A stretch of 40,589 nt of DNA from Eubacteriales bacterium (GTDB lineage Bacteria; Bacillota; Clostridia; Oscillospirales; CAG-272), in assembly GCA_045533845.1 (NCBI GenBank), contig JAZSIN010000028.1, forward strand, positions 1 to 40,589. The letters are read 5' to 3'. Shown here piece by piece: positions 1-7,533 of this stretch. Position numbers and translations under genes: made by a program. A model generated the notes under the pieces. That model did no database searches, was not told the DNA's origin, and worked only from the letters and a program-made list of their open reading frames with translations. Numbering within the stretch: the stretch's first letter is position 1; every line of letters starts with the position of its first letter.

Positions 1-1
1 C

Positions 2-505
2 ATCGGCGTCACGGAGGACATCGAAGAAAATGGCGACAGCTTCGCGGAAAATGCGCTGATCAAGGCGCGTTCCGCCGCGGGAAGCACCTATATCGCCTTC
101 GCCGACGACTCGGGACTCGTTGTCCCCGCTCTCGGCGGAGACCCCGGCATCCGCTCGGCACGCTATGCGGGCGGTCACGGTGACGACCGGGCAAACCGAA
201 ACCTTCTCCTCAAAAATCTCGAGGGAAGAACAGACCGCGCGGCGTATTTCGTGTGCTGTATCGCATGCGTCCTTCCAAACGGCGAATCCTTCACCGTCGA
301 GGGTCGCGTCAACGGCGAGATCCTTCACGCCGAAAAGGGCGAGGGGGGCTTCGGCTACGACAATCTCTTTTACTACGCCCCCTACGACCGCTCCTTCGCA
401 GAGCTTTTCCCCGCAGAGAAGAACGCGGTCAGCCACCGAAGAAACGCGCTTCGGGCATTCGCCGAAGCTCTCTCGGATCGTCTTTCGATCCCGCTGAGAT
501 CCTGA
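2..505 (+). CDS. rdgB: RdgB/HAM1-family non-canonical purine NTP pyrophosphatase (5' end outside window)
   Basis: The frame-2 ORF is open from the window edge to TGA at 503-505. The translation (IGVTEDIEENGDSFAENALIKA...GGFGYDNLFYYAPYDRSFAELFPAEKNAVSHRRNALRAF) has the GFGYD and SHR signatures typical of RdgB/HAM1. Confidence 0.9.
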   Translation: MGVTEDIEENGDSFAENALIKARSAAGSTYIAFADDSGLVVPALGGDPGIRSARYAGGHGDDRANRNLLLKNLEGRTDRAAYFVCCIACVLPNGESFTVEGRVNGEILHAEKGEGGFGYDNLFYYAPYDRSFAELFPAEKNAVSHRRNALRAFAEALSDRLSIPLRS

Positions 506-517
506 GATAAAGGAGTA

Positions 518-814
518 ATGAATATGATTACGTCAAAGCAACGCGCATACCTGCGCTCTCTCGCATCCGATATGCCCACCATTATGCAGGTTGGAAAATG
601 CGGAATCAGCGAAAATCTGATCAAAACGGTATCGGACGCCCTTGAGGCACGCGAGCTCATCAAGCTCTCGGTGCTCGACAACAGCGACGAAACGCCCCGC
701 ACAGCAGCTGAAGCCCTCGCGGACGCCATCGGCGCAGAGGTCGTTTCGGTCATCGGAAAGAAATTCGTGCTTTACCGCGAATCGGTCAAGGATAAGCGGA
801 TCGAGCTTCCCTGA
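518..814 (+). CDS. yhbY: YhbY-family (CRM domain) RNA-binding protein
   Basis: 98-aa ORF (SKQRAYLRSLASDMPTIMQVGKCGISENLIKTVSDALEARELIKLSV). Its size and pattern fit YhbY, and it sits in the conserved position upstream of nadD. The AAAGGAG RBS is better spaced for the second ATG at 524, so the start may be 524. Confidence 0.85.
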   Translation: MNMITSKQRAYLRSLASDMPTIMQVGKCGISENLIKTVSDALEARELIKLSVLDNSDETPRTAAEALADAIGAEVVSVIGKKFVLYRESVKDKRIELP

Positions 815-822
815 CGCCGCGT

Positions 823-1446
823 ATGAACCGTCCCGAAATTTTAGGTATCTACGGCGGCACCTTTTCACCCCCGCATCTCGGTCACAGACGAGCGGCGGAG
901 GCCTTCCTTGAAACGGTAAAGCCGGATCGCCTTCTGATCGTTCCGACCTTCCTGCCGCCGCACAAGGAGATTTCGTACGCAGACTCTCCCGTTCACCGTC
1001 TCGAGATGTGCCGTCTCGCCTTCGGCGACCTTCCGGGCACCGAGATCTCCGACGTCGAGATCCGCCGCGCGGGAAAAAGCTACACCTACGATACGGTGTC
1101 GGCACTTTCGCGGGAAGACCGCGAGATCTATTTTCTCTGCGGCACCGATATGCTCCTCACGCTTGACCGTTGGTATCGCGCACCCGAGCTTTTTTCGCTC
1201 TGCTCCTTCGTGCTTGAGCGCAGAGAGCAGGGCGAGGAAACGCGCCGCGCGATCGACGAACGGATCGCATTTTACCGCTCACGGTACGGTGCGCGCATTC
1301 GGGAGATCACGCTCGATCCGATCGAGCTCTCCTCGACCGACGTGCGAATCGCCGCGAAGGAAGGAGCGTCTCACGCGCTTCTCTCCACAATGGTGCCCGA
1401 ATCGGTCTCGTCGTATATCGAGGCCCACAATCTTTATCGCGAATGA
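823..1446 (+). CDS. nadD: nicotinate-nucleotide adenylyltransferase
   Basis: 207 aa with the N-terminal GIYGGTFSPPHLGHRRAAE (GxFxPxHxGH nucleotidyltransferase motif). It lies in the nadD-yqeK synteny. Confidence 0.92.
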   Translation: MNRPEILGIYGGTFSPPHLGHRRAAEAFLETVKPDRLLIVPTFLPPHKEISYADSPVHRLEMCRLAFGDLPGTEISDVEIRRAGKSYTYDTVSALSREDREIYFLCGTDMLLTLDRWYRAPELFSLCSFVLERREQGEETRRAIDERIAFYRSRYGARIREITLDPIELSSTDVRIAAKEGASHALLSTMVPESVSSYIEAHNLYRE

Positions 1447-1453
1447 GATTTCT

Positions 1454-2107
1454 ATGAACACGACGAATATTGATTTTTCAAGCAATGCGCTCGACGCGCT
1501 CCGCAGCGAGATCCGCGCTTCCCTTTCCGAGCGCCGATTCGCACACGTCGCGGCAGTCGAAGCTATGATCGACCGCCTCGGTGCGCTCTATCTCCCCGAC
1601 AAGAGACCGATGCTCCGAGCCGCCGCGCTTCTTCACGACCTCACGAAGGAATTTTCCAATGAAAGGCACGAAGAAATCTTCGCGTCTCACGGAATAATAG
1701 TAACGGACGAAAAGAGGCTGTCGCCGAAGCTTTACCACGCCGAAACGGCGGCGCTTCTGATCCCCGAACGGTATCCGCACTTCGCAGATCCCGCTCTCCT
1801 CTCTGCCGTACGCTACCACACGACGGGACGAGAGGAAATGACGCTTTTTGATCTCCTGCTCTACCTCGCCGACTACATAGACGAAAACAGGACCTTCCCC
1901 GACTGCGTTTTCCTTCGTGACTACTTCTGGGGAAAGGATCCCGCGTCGATGCCGAAGGAGGAGCGACTCCGTCACCTTTACGACACCGTCGTTCTTTCGG
2001 TCGACCTTTCGGTCGCGGCACTCGCCTCCGACCGCGCTATGGTCAGCGTAGAAAGCGTCCTGATGCGTAACCGCCTCCTCTTCCTTTTAAAAACGCAAAA
2101 CGCGTAA
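1454..2107 (+). CDS. yqeK: HD-domain bis(5'-nucleosyl)-tetraphosphatase YqeK
   Basis: The track ORF 1163..2107 overlaps nadD. The in-frame ATG at 1454 lies just after the nadD stop and gives MNTTNIDF... Motifs AALLHDLTKE and RYHTTGR are typical of YqeK HD hydrolases. Confidence 0.85.
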   Translation: MNTTNIDFSSNALDALRSEIRASLSERRFAHVAAVEAMIDRLGALYLPDKRPMLRAAALLHDLTKEFSNERHEEIFASHGIIVTDEKRLSPKLYHAETAALLIPERYPHFADPALLSAVRYHTTGREEMTLFDLLLYLADYIDENRTFPDCVFLRDYFWGKDPASMPKEERLRHLYDTVVLSVDLSVAALASDRAMVSVESVLMRNRLLFLLKTQNA

Positions 2108-2161
2108 GCTCCCACGCGATTCCCTTCGTACATAACGCCCGTATACGAAAGGAATCCGAAT

Positions 2162-3205
2162 ATGAAGCATACGTCCCCCTATAAGCAGATCCTACTTTCC
2201 GTTTTGACCGTCCTTTTGCTCGTCTTCTCCGCGATGTCCGCCTATTCCCTCTGCGCCCCCGCTACGGAAGAGGCTCCCCCCCGCACACCCGCGCGCGTGC
2301 AGGAGTCAAGCGCATCGGAGGCAGAACTGCAGGAGGTAGCCGCCCTTGCACGGCGGCGCGGTGTACAGAATTTCCTCCTGTGCGGTAAGGACCGCGCCTC
2401 AGGCCTCTCGGACGTCATCGTCGTCGCACAGATCGACAGCCTGCGCCATACGGCTTCTCTCGTGCAGATCCCACGTGACACCTACTCGGCATATTCGGAG
2501 GGCAATTACCGCAAGCTGAACGGCGCACCTGCATCGCTCGGCGGAATGGATGCGTTTTCAGACTTTTTGTCCAAATCGCTCGGCATTCCGATCGATCACT
2601 ACGCGCTCGTCGACCTCGACTGCATCGGGGATATCGTCGACGCGGTCGGAGGCGTGACGCTGACCGTCCCGACCGATATGGACTACGAGGACCTGTCACA
2701 GGGGCTTTCGATCCACCTGAAGGCGGGAAAGCAAACGCTGAACGGAGACGAGGCAGAGGAGTTTCTCCGCTTCCGCTCAGGCTACGCGACCGCCGATCTC
2801 GGTCGGCTTGACGCGCAAAAGCTGTTTCTGTCGGCATTTCTCCGAAGCATCAAGGAAAACTGCACCCTTCCCACGCTCGTTCGGATCGTGCGTACCCTAT
2901 ACGGACGCGTCGAGACCGACCTGTCGCTCGGAGAATGCATCCGCCTTTCCGGAACGGGTATGAAGCTCTCCCCCGATCGACTCACGGCTGAGACCCTCCC
3001 GGGAGAAGCCGCCCGTGAAAACGGCGACAGCGGCACTTCGTATTATATCGTTTCCCGCGCGGATGCATACGATACGGTCAACCGTATGCTGAACCCCTTC
3101 GACACCCCGCTCCCCTTTGCATCCTTTGATCCCGAGGAGCGCTTCACGAGCCGCGAGCACCCGCATTTCGATCGGATCTACCGCGGCACCTACCCCGACA
3201 CGTAA
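2162..3205 (+). CDS. LCP (LytR-CpsA-Psr) family cell-envelope glycopolymer transferase
   Basis: 347 aa with an N-terminal TM segment. It has an LCP-like core (FLLCGKDRASGLSDVIVVAQID...LVQIPRDTY...FLRFRSGYATADLGRLDAQ). RBS GAAAGGAA lies upstream. Confidence 0.85.
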   Translation: MKHTSPYKQILLSVLTVLLLVFSAMSAYSLCAPATEEAPPRTPARVQESSASEAELQEVAALARRRGVQNFLLCGKDRASGLSDVIVVAQIDSLRHTASLVQIPRDTYSAYSEGNYRKLNGAPASLGGMDAFSDFLSKSLGIPIDHYALVDLDCIGDIVDAVGGVTLTVPTDMDYEDLSQGLSIHLKAGKQTLNGDEAEEFLRFRSGYATADLGRLDAQKLFLSAFLRSIKENCTLPTLVRIVRTLYGRVETDLSLGECIRLSGTGMKLSPDRLTAETLPGEAARENGDSGTSYYIVSRADAYDTVNRMLNPFDTPLPFASFDPEERFTSREHPHFDRIYRGTYPDT

Positions 3206-3231
3206 TTCACATATTCTGAAAGGAACCCCAT

Positions 3232-3654
3232 ATGGAACAGACTACGAACAAGTATCCCACCCTCCTCCCGAAGGAGCCCACCGAGACCGCGTCAGCAGAG
3301 GTCTCCCCCACCGAGCTGAAGGACGCCGAGCCCGACGTGCTCGCACGCGCGATAGAGGGCTTTCTGGACGCGAAGAAGGGTATGGACATCTCTGTGCTCG
3401 ACGTAGCGGAAAAGACCTCCCTGACCTCCTTTTACGTCATCTGCACGGCAACCTCCTCGACGCACGCGAAGGCGCTCGGAGACGAGCTCGATTTCCAGAC
3501 CTCGAGACGCGGCTTTGCCCCCATCCACGTCGAGGGACGCGCGGGCGGCGCTTGGGTGCTTCTCGACTACGGACCCGTCATCGTGCACGTCTTCACCCGC
3601 GAGGCGCGCGAGTTTTACCGCGTCGAGCGACTGTACGAGGGTGGTACGGAATAA
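3232..3654 (+). CDS. rsfS: ribosome silencing factor RsfS (with ~35-aa N-terminal extension)
   Basis: 140 aa. The core DISVLDVAEKTSLTSFYVICTATSSTHAKALGDEL...WVLLDYGPVIVHVFTREAREFY matches the RsfS/YqeL pattern. It occupies the conserved position after yqeK. Confidence 0.88.
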   Translation: MEQTTNKYPTLLPKEPTETASAEVSPTELKDAEPDVLARAIEGFLDAKKGMDISVLDVAEKTSLTSFYVICTATSSTHAKALGDELDFQTSRRGFAPIHVEGRAGGAWVLLDYGPVIVHVFTREAREFYRVERLYEGGTE

Positions 3655-3682
3655 GATTTTTGCACTTTTTTCAAAAAAACCC

Positions 3683-3711
3683 TTGACAAATTGCCGCCTT
3701 TGCGGTATAAT
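3683..3711 (+). promoter_or_regulatory. consensus sigma-A promoter for tRNA-Thr
   Basis: TTGACA (3683-3688), a 17-nt spacer, then TATAAT (3706-3711). It lies ~33 nt upstream of the tRNA 5' end. Confidence 0.6.
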
Positions 3712-3743
3712 AGTCGAGGTTCTGCAAAGAGCCTCGCAAATAA

Positions 3744-3815
3744 GCTGGTGTAGCACAGGGGTAGTGCAGCTGATTCGTAATCAGCAGGTCGTGAGTTCGA
3801 ATCTCACCACCAGCT
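3744..3815 (+). tRNA. tRNA-Thr (anticodon CGU)
   Basis: Manual cloverleaf: acceptor GCTGGTG/CACCAGC, D stem GCAC/GTGC, anticodon stem GCTGA/TCAGC with loop TTCGTAA, T arm GTGAG-TTCGAAT-CTCAC, discriminator T. No encoded CCA. A T-run follows. Confidence 0.9.
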
Positions 3816-3878
3816 TTTTTGTTTTACCTAAAAATCGGCCCTACACAAAAATTCCCGTGCAAAACTTTCCGAAACCCA

Positions 3879-3907
3879 TTGACATTGAAGCGAAAATACG
3901 ATACAAT
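3879..3907 (+). promoter_or_regulatory. sigma-A-type promoter for the DUF1292 gene
   Basis: TTGACA (3879-3884), a 17-nt spacer, then TACAAT (3902-3907). Confidence 0.55.
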
Positions 3908-3954
3908 GTTAATGTAGAGACCAACGTTACAAGAAAAGAAAGGCATATGAAGCT

Positions 3955-4269
3955 ATGGATAACGCAACCTTCGAAAGCGAATACTATACCCTGACCGACG
4001 AGGACGGCAATGAGCTCGAATTCGAGGTCATCGGAAAATGTGAATATAAGGGTGTTGAATATTTCGCCATGATCCCCTCCGACGTCGACGCTGACGCGAC
4101 CGAATGCGAATACGTCATTCTGAAGAAGGTCATCGACAACGGCGAGGATATGCTCGTCACCCTCGACGACGACAATGAGTTCGACGACGTCGCCGACATC
4201 TTCGACGATATGTTCATTTCCGATCTGGATTACGACCTGAATCCCCCCACGGAAAAGGGCAAGAAGTAA
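3955..4269 (+). CDS. DUF1292 domain-containing protein (small acidic protein)
   Basis: 104 aa (YTLTDEDGNELEFEVIGKCEYKGVEYFAMIP...EYVILKKV...LVTLDDDNEFDDVADIFDD). This is the characteristic DUF1292 pattern of Firmicutes. Confidence 0.8.
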   Translation: MDNATFESEYYTLTDEDGNELEFEVIGKCEYKGVEYFAMIPSDVDADATECEYVILKKVIDNGEDMLVTLDDDNEFDDVADIFDDMFISDLDYDLNPPTEKGKK

Positions 4270-4284
4270 TCCATCTCACAACGT

Positions 4285-4552
4285 AAACATCCTGCCGGGT
4301 GCGTGATAGCCGGTTTTAGAACCTACAGTTAAGAAAAGGATCCCGAAATAATGAGATTCTGTTTCGGTTTGCAAACCTCCCGTCTGCTCCCGCATCGGTG
4401 ACTTGTCCCGACCGGAGCAACACGGACGTTGGGAGCAGTAAAGAAACGGATAGGGAGCCGCCCTCGTTTAGCGGGTTTTCTCATCATCGGTTACACGGCC
4501 AGGTGGGGCACACATACCGAAAAAGAGTCACTCGTTTGTGGCTCTTTTTTCA
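4285..4552 (+). ncRNA. candidate structured RNA of unknown class (free-standing, or a 3' UTR of the DUF1292 mRNA), ending in an intrinsic terminator
   Basis: No credible ORF. Perfect internal helices: CTGCTCCC 4385-4392 with GGGAGCAG 4432-4439, and CCGAAA 4344-4349 with TTTCGG 4363-4368. A possible closing helix pairs 4292-4298 with 4497-4504. A terminator lies at 4521-4552, and no + strand gene follows. Confidence 0.35.
4521..4552 (+). terminator. Rho-independent terminator
   Basis: AAAAGAGTCAC-TCGTT-TGTGGCTCTTTTTT. The stem includes one G-U pair and is followed by a T6 run. Confidence 0.6.
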
Positions 4553-4565
4553 TTTATCGTTCTTC

Positions 4566-4594
4566 TTGACAGGAGGGGCTTCGGATGCTATAAT
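4566..4594 (+). promoter_or_regulatory. consensus sigma-A promoter with extended -10 and no downstream CDS
   Basis: TTGACA (4566-4571), a 17-nt spacer, then TGc-TATAAT (4586-4594). Confidence 0.55.
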
Positions 4595-4599
4595 GAACG

Positions 4600-4725
4600 G
4601 AAGGAGCTTCCCCTCATCAAGACAAGCTCACCGCAGCGGAGATCCGTATCGCTTACGAAAACTAATCCGGCATAACAAAAGAACAAACGGGCTGTCTCAC
4701 CGAGGTGAGACAGCCCGTATTCTTA
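4600..4725 (+). ncRNA. candidate small RNA (~120 nt) bounded by a consensus promoter and a strong terminator
   Basis: It runs from the predicted TSS just after TATAAT (4594) to the 14-bp hairpin at 4687-4718. It contains no ATG-initiated ORF. Local helices include GAGCTT/AAGCTC. Confidence 0.35.
4687..4718. terminator. bidirectional intrinsic terminator (rny on the minus strand, candidate sRNA on the plus strand)
   Basis: Perfect 14-bp stem ACGGGCTGTCTCAC-CGAG-GTGAGACAGCCCGT. It is flanked by an A-rich 5' side and a T-rich 3' side, and lies 23 nt beyond the rny stop. Confidence 0.75.
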
Positions 4726-4740
4726 TTCGCTCTGATAAAA

Positions 4741-6282
4741 TTACTTTGCGTAATCCACCGCGCGGCTCTCGCGGATGACGTGAATCTTGATCTGTCCCGG
4801 ATACTTCATATCCGACTTGATCTTTGCCGCCATATCGCGCGCGATCAGCTTCATTCCGTCGTCGTTTACGTCCTCGGGTCTCACAAGCACGCGAAGTTCT
4901 CTGCCCGCCTGGATCGCGTACGCCTTTTCAACACCCGTGAATCCGAGTGCGATCTCCTCGAGCTTTTCGAGACGCTTGATGTAATTCTCCATATCCTCGC
5001 GACGTGCGCCCGGTCTTGCCGCAGAAATTGCGTCAGCCGCCTGCACGAGCACTGCGATGATCGTCTTCGCCTCCACGTCGCCGTGGTGCGCCTCGATCGC
5101 ATGGATCACGTCCTTGTTTTCCTTGTACTTCTTGACGGCGTTGACACCGATCTCTACGTGCGAGCCCTCAACGTCGTGCGGGAACGCCTTACCGATGTCG
5201 TGCAGAAGTCCCGCACGTCTTGCAAGCGTGCTGTCCACGCCAAGCTCGTCTGCCATCATACCCGCGAGGAATGCAACCTCGATCGAGTGCTGAAGCACGT
5301 TCTGCCCGTAGCTCGTACGGTAACGGAGTCTGCCAAGGAGTCTGACGAGATCGGGGTTGATCCCGCGCACGCCAACCTCAAAGACCGCCTTCTCGCCTGC
5401 TTGCTTCACCGAGGTATCAACCTCACGCTGTGCCTTCTCTACCATCTCCTCGATGCGAGCGGGATGGATACGGCCATCGGTGATCAGCTTTTCAAGCGCC
5501 AGCCGCGCGACCTCTCTTCTGACGGGGTCAAAGCCCGACAGGGTGATCGCCTCGGGAGTATCGTCGATGATCAGCTCGACGCCCGTGAGCGTTTCAAGCT
5601 TCTGAATGTTTCGGCCCTCACGACCGATGATGCGACCCTTCATATCCTCACTCGGAATCTGAACGACCGAGATCGTTGCCTCCGAAACGTGGTCTGCCGC
5701 GTAGCGCTGGATCGCAAGCGAGAGGATGTTCTTCGCCTTTTGATCCGCCTCGTCCTTGAACTGCTCCTCAAGCTCGGCAAGACGCTGTGCAAGCTCGTGA
5801 CGCGCATCCACCTCGACTCTGCTGATCAGCTCGTCCTTTGCCTCCGCCGCGGTGTAGCCTGAGATCTTTTCCAGCTTCTCGAGATGCTGCTGAAGAACTG
5901 CGCTGACCTCCTCGCGGACGGCATCACACGCCTTCATCTTTTCCTCAAGCTGCTCACCCTTCCGCTCCATAGCTTCAGACTTCTTGTCGAGCGCCTCTTC
6001 CTTCTGCGTGATCCTCCGCTCCTGACGGGTGATCTCACTTCTGCGCTCCTTCAGCTCACGGTCCACCTCGTTGCGCTGACGAAGGATCTCCTCCTTCGCG
6101 CTGAGGACTGCTTCTTTTCTCAGGGTCTCCGCCGACTTCACGGCTTCTTCCCGAACACGCTTTGCTTCCTGCTCTGCGGATCCGATCTTATTCTCGCCGA
6201 TATACTTGCGGATCAAAACGCCGATGACGACGCCGACGGCAAGCGCGAGTGCTCCGATCAGGATCCCTGCCCAAATAGGCAT
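4741..6282 (-). CDS. rny: ribonuclease Y
   Basis: 513 aa with an N-terminal TM helix and a charged coiled-coil region. It has a KH domain ([12 protein letters not shown]) and an HD domain (LLHDIGKA...EAHHGD). An AGGAGG RBS is present. Confidence 0.95.
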   Translation of the reverse strand: MPIWAGILIGALALAVGVVIGVLIRKYIGENKIGSAEQEAKRVREEAVKSAETLRKEAVLSAKEEILRQRNEVDRELKERRSEITRQERRITQKEEALDKKSEAMERKGEQLEEKMKACDAVREEVSAVLQQHLEKLEKISGYTAAEAKDELISRVEVDARHELAQRLAELEEQFKDEADQKAKNILSLAIQRYAADHVSEATISVVQIPSEDMKGRIIGREGRNIQKLETLTGVELIIDDTPEAITLSGFDPVRREVARLALEKLITDGRIHPARIEEMVEKAQREVDTSVKQAGEKAVFEVGVRGINPDLVRLLGRLRYRTSYGQNVLQHSIEVAFLAGMMADELGVDSTLARRAGLLHDIGKAFPHDVEGSHVEIGVNAVKKYKENKDVIHAIEAHHGDVEAKTIIAVLVQAADAISAARPGARREDMENYIKRLEKLEEIALGFTGVEKAYAIQAGRELRVLVRPEDVNDDGMKLIARDMAAKIKSDMKYPGQIKIHVIRESRAVDYAK

Positions 6283-6373
6283 ATAGCACCTCCTGATTTT
6301 TCTTCTATAAATGAAAGATTATTTATTTTATCCTGCATCACACAAACAATGAGGCATCATAAAACATACTATT

Positions 6374-6402
6374 ATTTTATCCGAAAATTGCCATTTTGTC
6401 AA
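6374..6402 (-). promoter_or_regulatory. sigma-A-type promoter for rny
   Basis: On the minus strand: TTGACA (6402-6397), a 17-nt spacer, then TAAAAT (6379-6374). Confidence 0.5.
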
Positions 6403-6473
6403 GTGCCACACGGGTGAATTATGAATTTTTTTCCGAAAAATCCCCGCTTTTTTATAAAAATATTCGGTTTCCG

Positions 6474-6521
6474 AAAAAAACCACCTGCACGTACGGCGTG
6501 AAAAGCCGCAAATGCAGGTGG
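6474..6521 (-). terminator. Rho-independent terminator after the AraC-family gene
   Basis: The minus strand reads CCACCTGCA...TGCAGGTGG followed by T7. It lies ~30 nt after the stop at 6553. Confidence 0.7.
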
Positions 6522-6552
6522 CTGTCCTTGTGTTTGAAAACGGCGCAACCGT

Positions 6553-7371
6553 TTATCTGTCGCCCTTTCTGTAATCATTCGGAAGCACACCTGTGTGCCG
6601 AAGAAAGGTCTTCGTGAAGTACGACTGATTCTCAAAGCCGCACGCCCGCGCGATCTCTCCGATCCGCATCTGTCCCTCGGAGAGAAGCGTCTTTGCCTTT
6701 TCGCATCGAATCAAATTGACGTACGAAATGAAGGTATATCCGGTCACGCGCCGAAATTCCCTCGCGAAATGAAACTTGCTCATTCCGACGAAATCCGCTA
6801 TTCCGTCAAGCGTGAACGGCTCCTCACTGTGCGCGTGGATACGCCCGAGCGCCTGCTTGATGCAGACGAGGCAGTGGGAGTCCTTCACCTCGGTCTCCTC
6901 CTTCCGAACGTGGCGTCTGCAGAGGAGCGCAAGAATGCGGAGAACGGTCGAGCGGATCATCTGTACCCGATACGGCGCATCCTGCACCTCGGCAAATTCC
7001 TCGGCGAGTCGACAGAACAGTGCGCCGATCTCCCCATCCCGAACGATCGGCAGAAACTCGATCCGCCCCGTGTCGAAGTGATTTGCAAGACAAAAACTGC
7101 GGTCGACGATCAGGCAGTAGTAGTGCACCCCCGTGTCCCCGGTCGAGATCGTATGCAGGCGGTTCGTATTGAGAACAGCAGTCTCCCCCTCGGAAAGCAA
7201 AAGCCGCGTCTCGTTGCTCGTGACCATTGCACTCCCCTCGGTAAAATAGAGCAGCTCGAGGTTCTCGTGCCAATTCCCGCGCCCCACGGGGCGATTCGGG
7301 GCCATATGGGTGGAATGAAAAATAAACGGAAGGCGCGGGTCCTTCATACGGTGATTTTCATATATACTCAT
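6553..7371 (-). CDS. AraC-family transcriptional regulator (cupin sensor plus HTH)
   Basis: C-terminal AraC HTH (FTLDGIADFVGMSKFHFAREFRRVTGYTFISYVNLIRCEKAKTLL...IARACGFENQSYFTKTFLRHTGVLPNDYR). The start is moved to the ATG at 7371 (MSIYENH), which is preceded by GGAGGTGTGT. Confidence 0.85.
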   Translation of the reverse strand: MSIYENHRMKDPRLPFIFHSTHMAPNRPVGRGNWHENLELLYFTEGSAMVTSNETRLLLSEGETAVLNTNRLHTISTGDTGVHYYCLIVDRSFCLANHFDTGRIEFLPIVRDGEIGALFCRLAEEFAEVQDAPYRVQMIRSTVLRILALLCRRHVRKEETEVKDSHCLVCIKQALGRIHAHSEEPFTLDGIADFVGMSKFHFAREFRRVTGYTFISYVNLIRCEKAKTLLSEGQMRIGEIARACGFENQSYFTKTFLRHTGVLPNDYRKGDR

Positions 7372-7423
7372 ACACACCTCCGAAAACAGCAAGATCGTAC
7401 TAAAAAAGTGCAAAAATTTTGGA

Positions 7424-7452
7424 TTGACAATTCCTTTTTCTTATTATACAAT
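7424..7452 (+). promoter_or_regulatory. sigma-A-type promoter for the isomerase/oxidoreductase operon
   Basis: TTGACA (7424-7429), a 17-nt spacer, then TACAAT (7447-7452). It sits in the region divergent from the AraC gene. Confidence 0.5.
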
Positions 7453-7533
7453 AGAGATAAGGAAAAATCAACCCCCTTTTCAGAGCATTCGCTCACGGAA
7501 TACAAAAATCCACTTCAGAAAGGAATTACGGTT

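Noticed and set aside
1163-1453. Upstream extension of the yqeK ORF (track start 1163)
   Set aside because: It overlaps nadD in another frame with Arg/Ser-rich nonsense text. The ATG at 1454, just after the nadD stop, gives a full-length HD-domain protein.
3744-3815. tRNA-Thr as a possible integration hotspot for a genomic island
   Set aside because: There is no integrase, no direct repeat of the tRNA 3' end, and no compositional break nearby. The flanking genes (rsfS, DUF1292, rny) are core housekeeping genes.
4352-4402. 16-codon ORF (MRFCFGLQTSRLLPHR) with a weak AAAAGGA upstream, considered as a possible leader peptide or type I toxin
   Set aside because: It is too short, not hydrophobic or amphipathic like type I toxins, and has no partner antisense promoter. 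It lies inside predicted RNA helices.
4285-4552. Assignment of the structured RNA to RNase P RNA, tmRNA, SRP RNA, 6S RNA or a riboswitch
   Set aside because: Diagnostic cores are absent: no GAGGAAAGTCC P4 strand, no tRNA-like TTCGA 3' end with a tag ORF, and no GGAAGCAGC helix-8 apex. There is only a loose resemblance of GCCGGGTGCG to Alu-domain 5' ends. No downstream gene exists for a riboswitch. 6S-like or raiA-like classes cannot be excluded or confirmed by eye, so the class is left unassigned.
4705-5862. 385-aa plus-strand ORF. Similar long antisense ORFs are 8017..9354(-), 16629..17867(-), 18020..18688(-), 19061..19867(-), 22148..23164(+), 29398..30903(+) and 36959..38363(+).
   Set aside because: All of these lie antisense to genes with clear family signatures (rny, the oxidoreductase, hom, ABC-F, FDP and the permeases). 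They show the R/V/L/D-rich composition of shadow frames and lack RBSs.
6595-7533. N-terminal 313 codons of the track ORF 6595..8394 (599 aa)
   Set aside because: This part is antisense to the AraC gene and crosses the divergent promoter region. The recognisable TIM-barrel protein begins at the RBS-preceded ATG at 7534.
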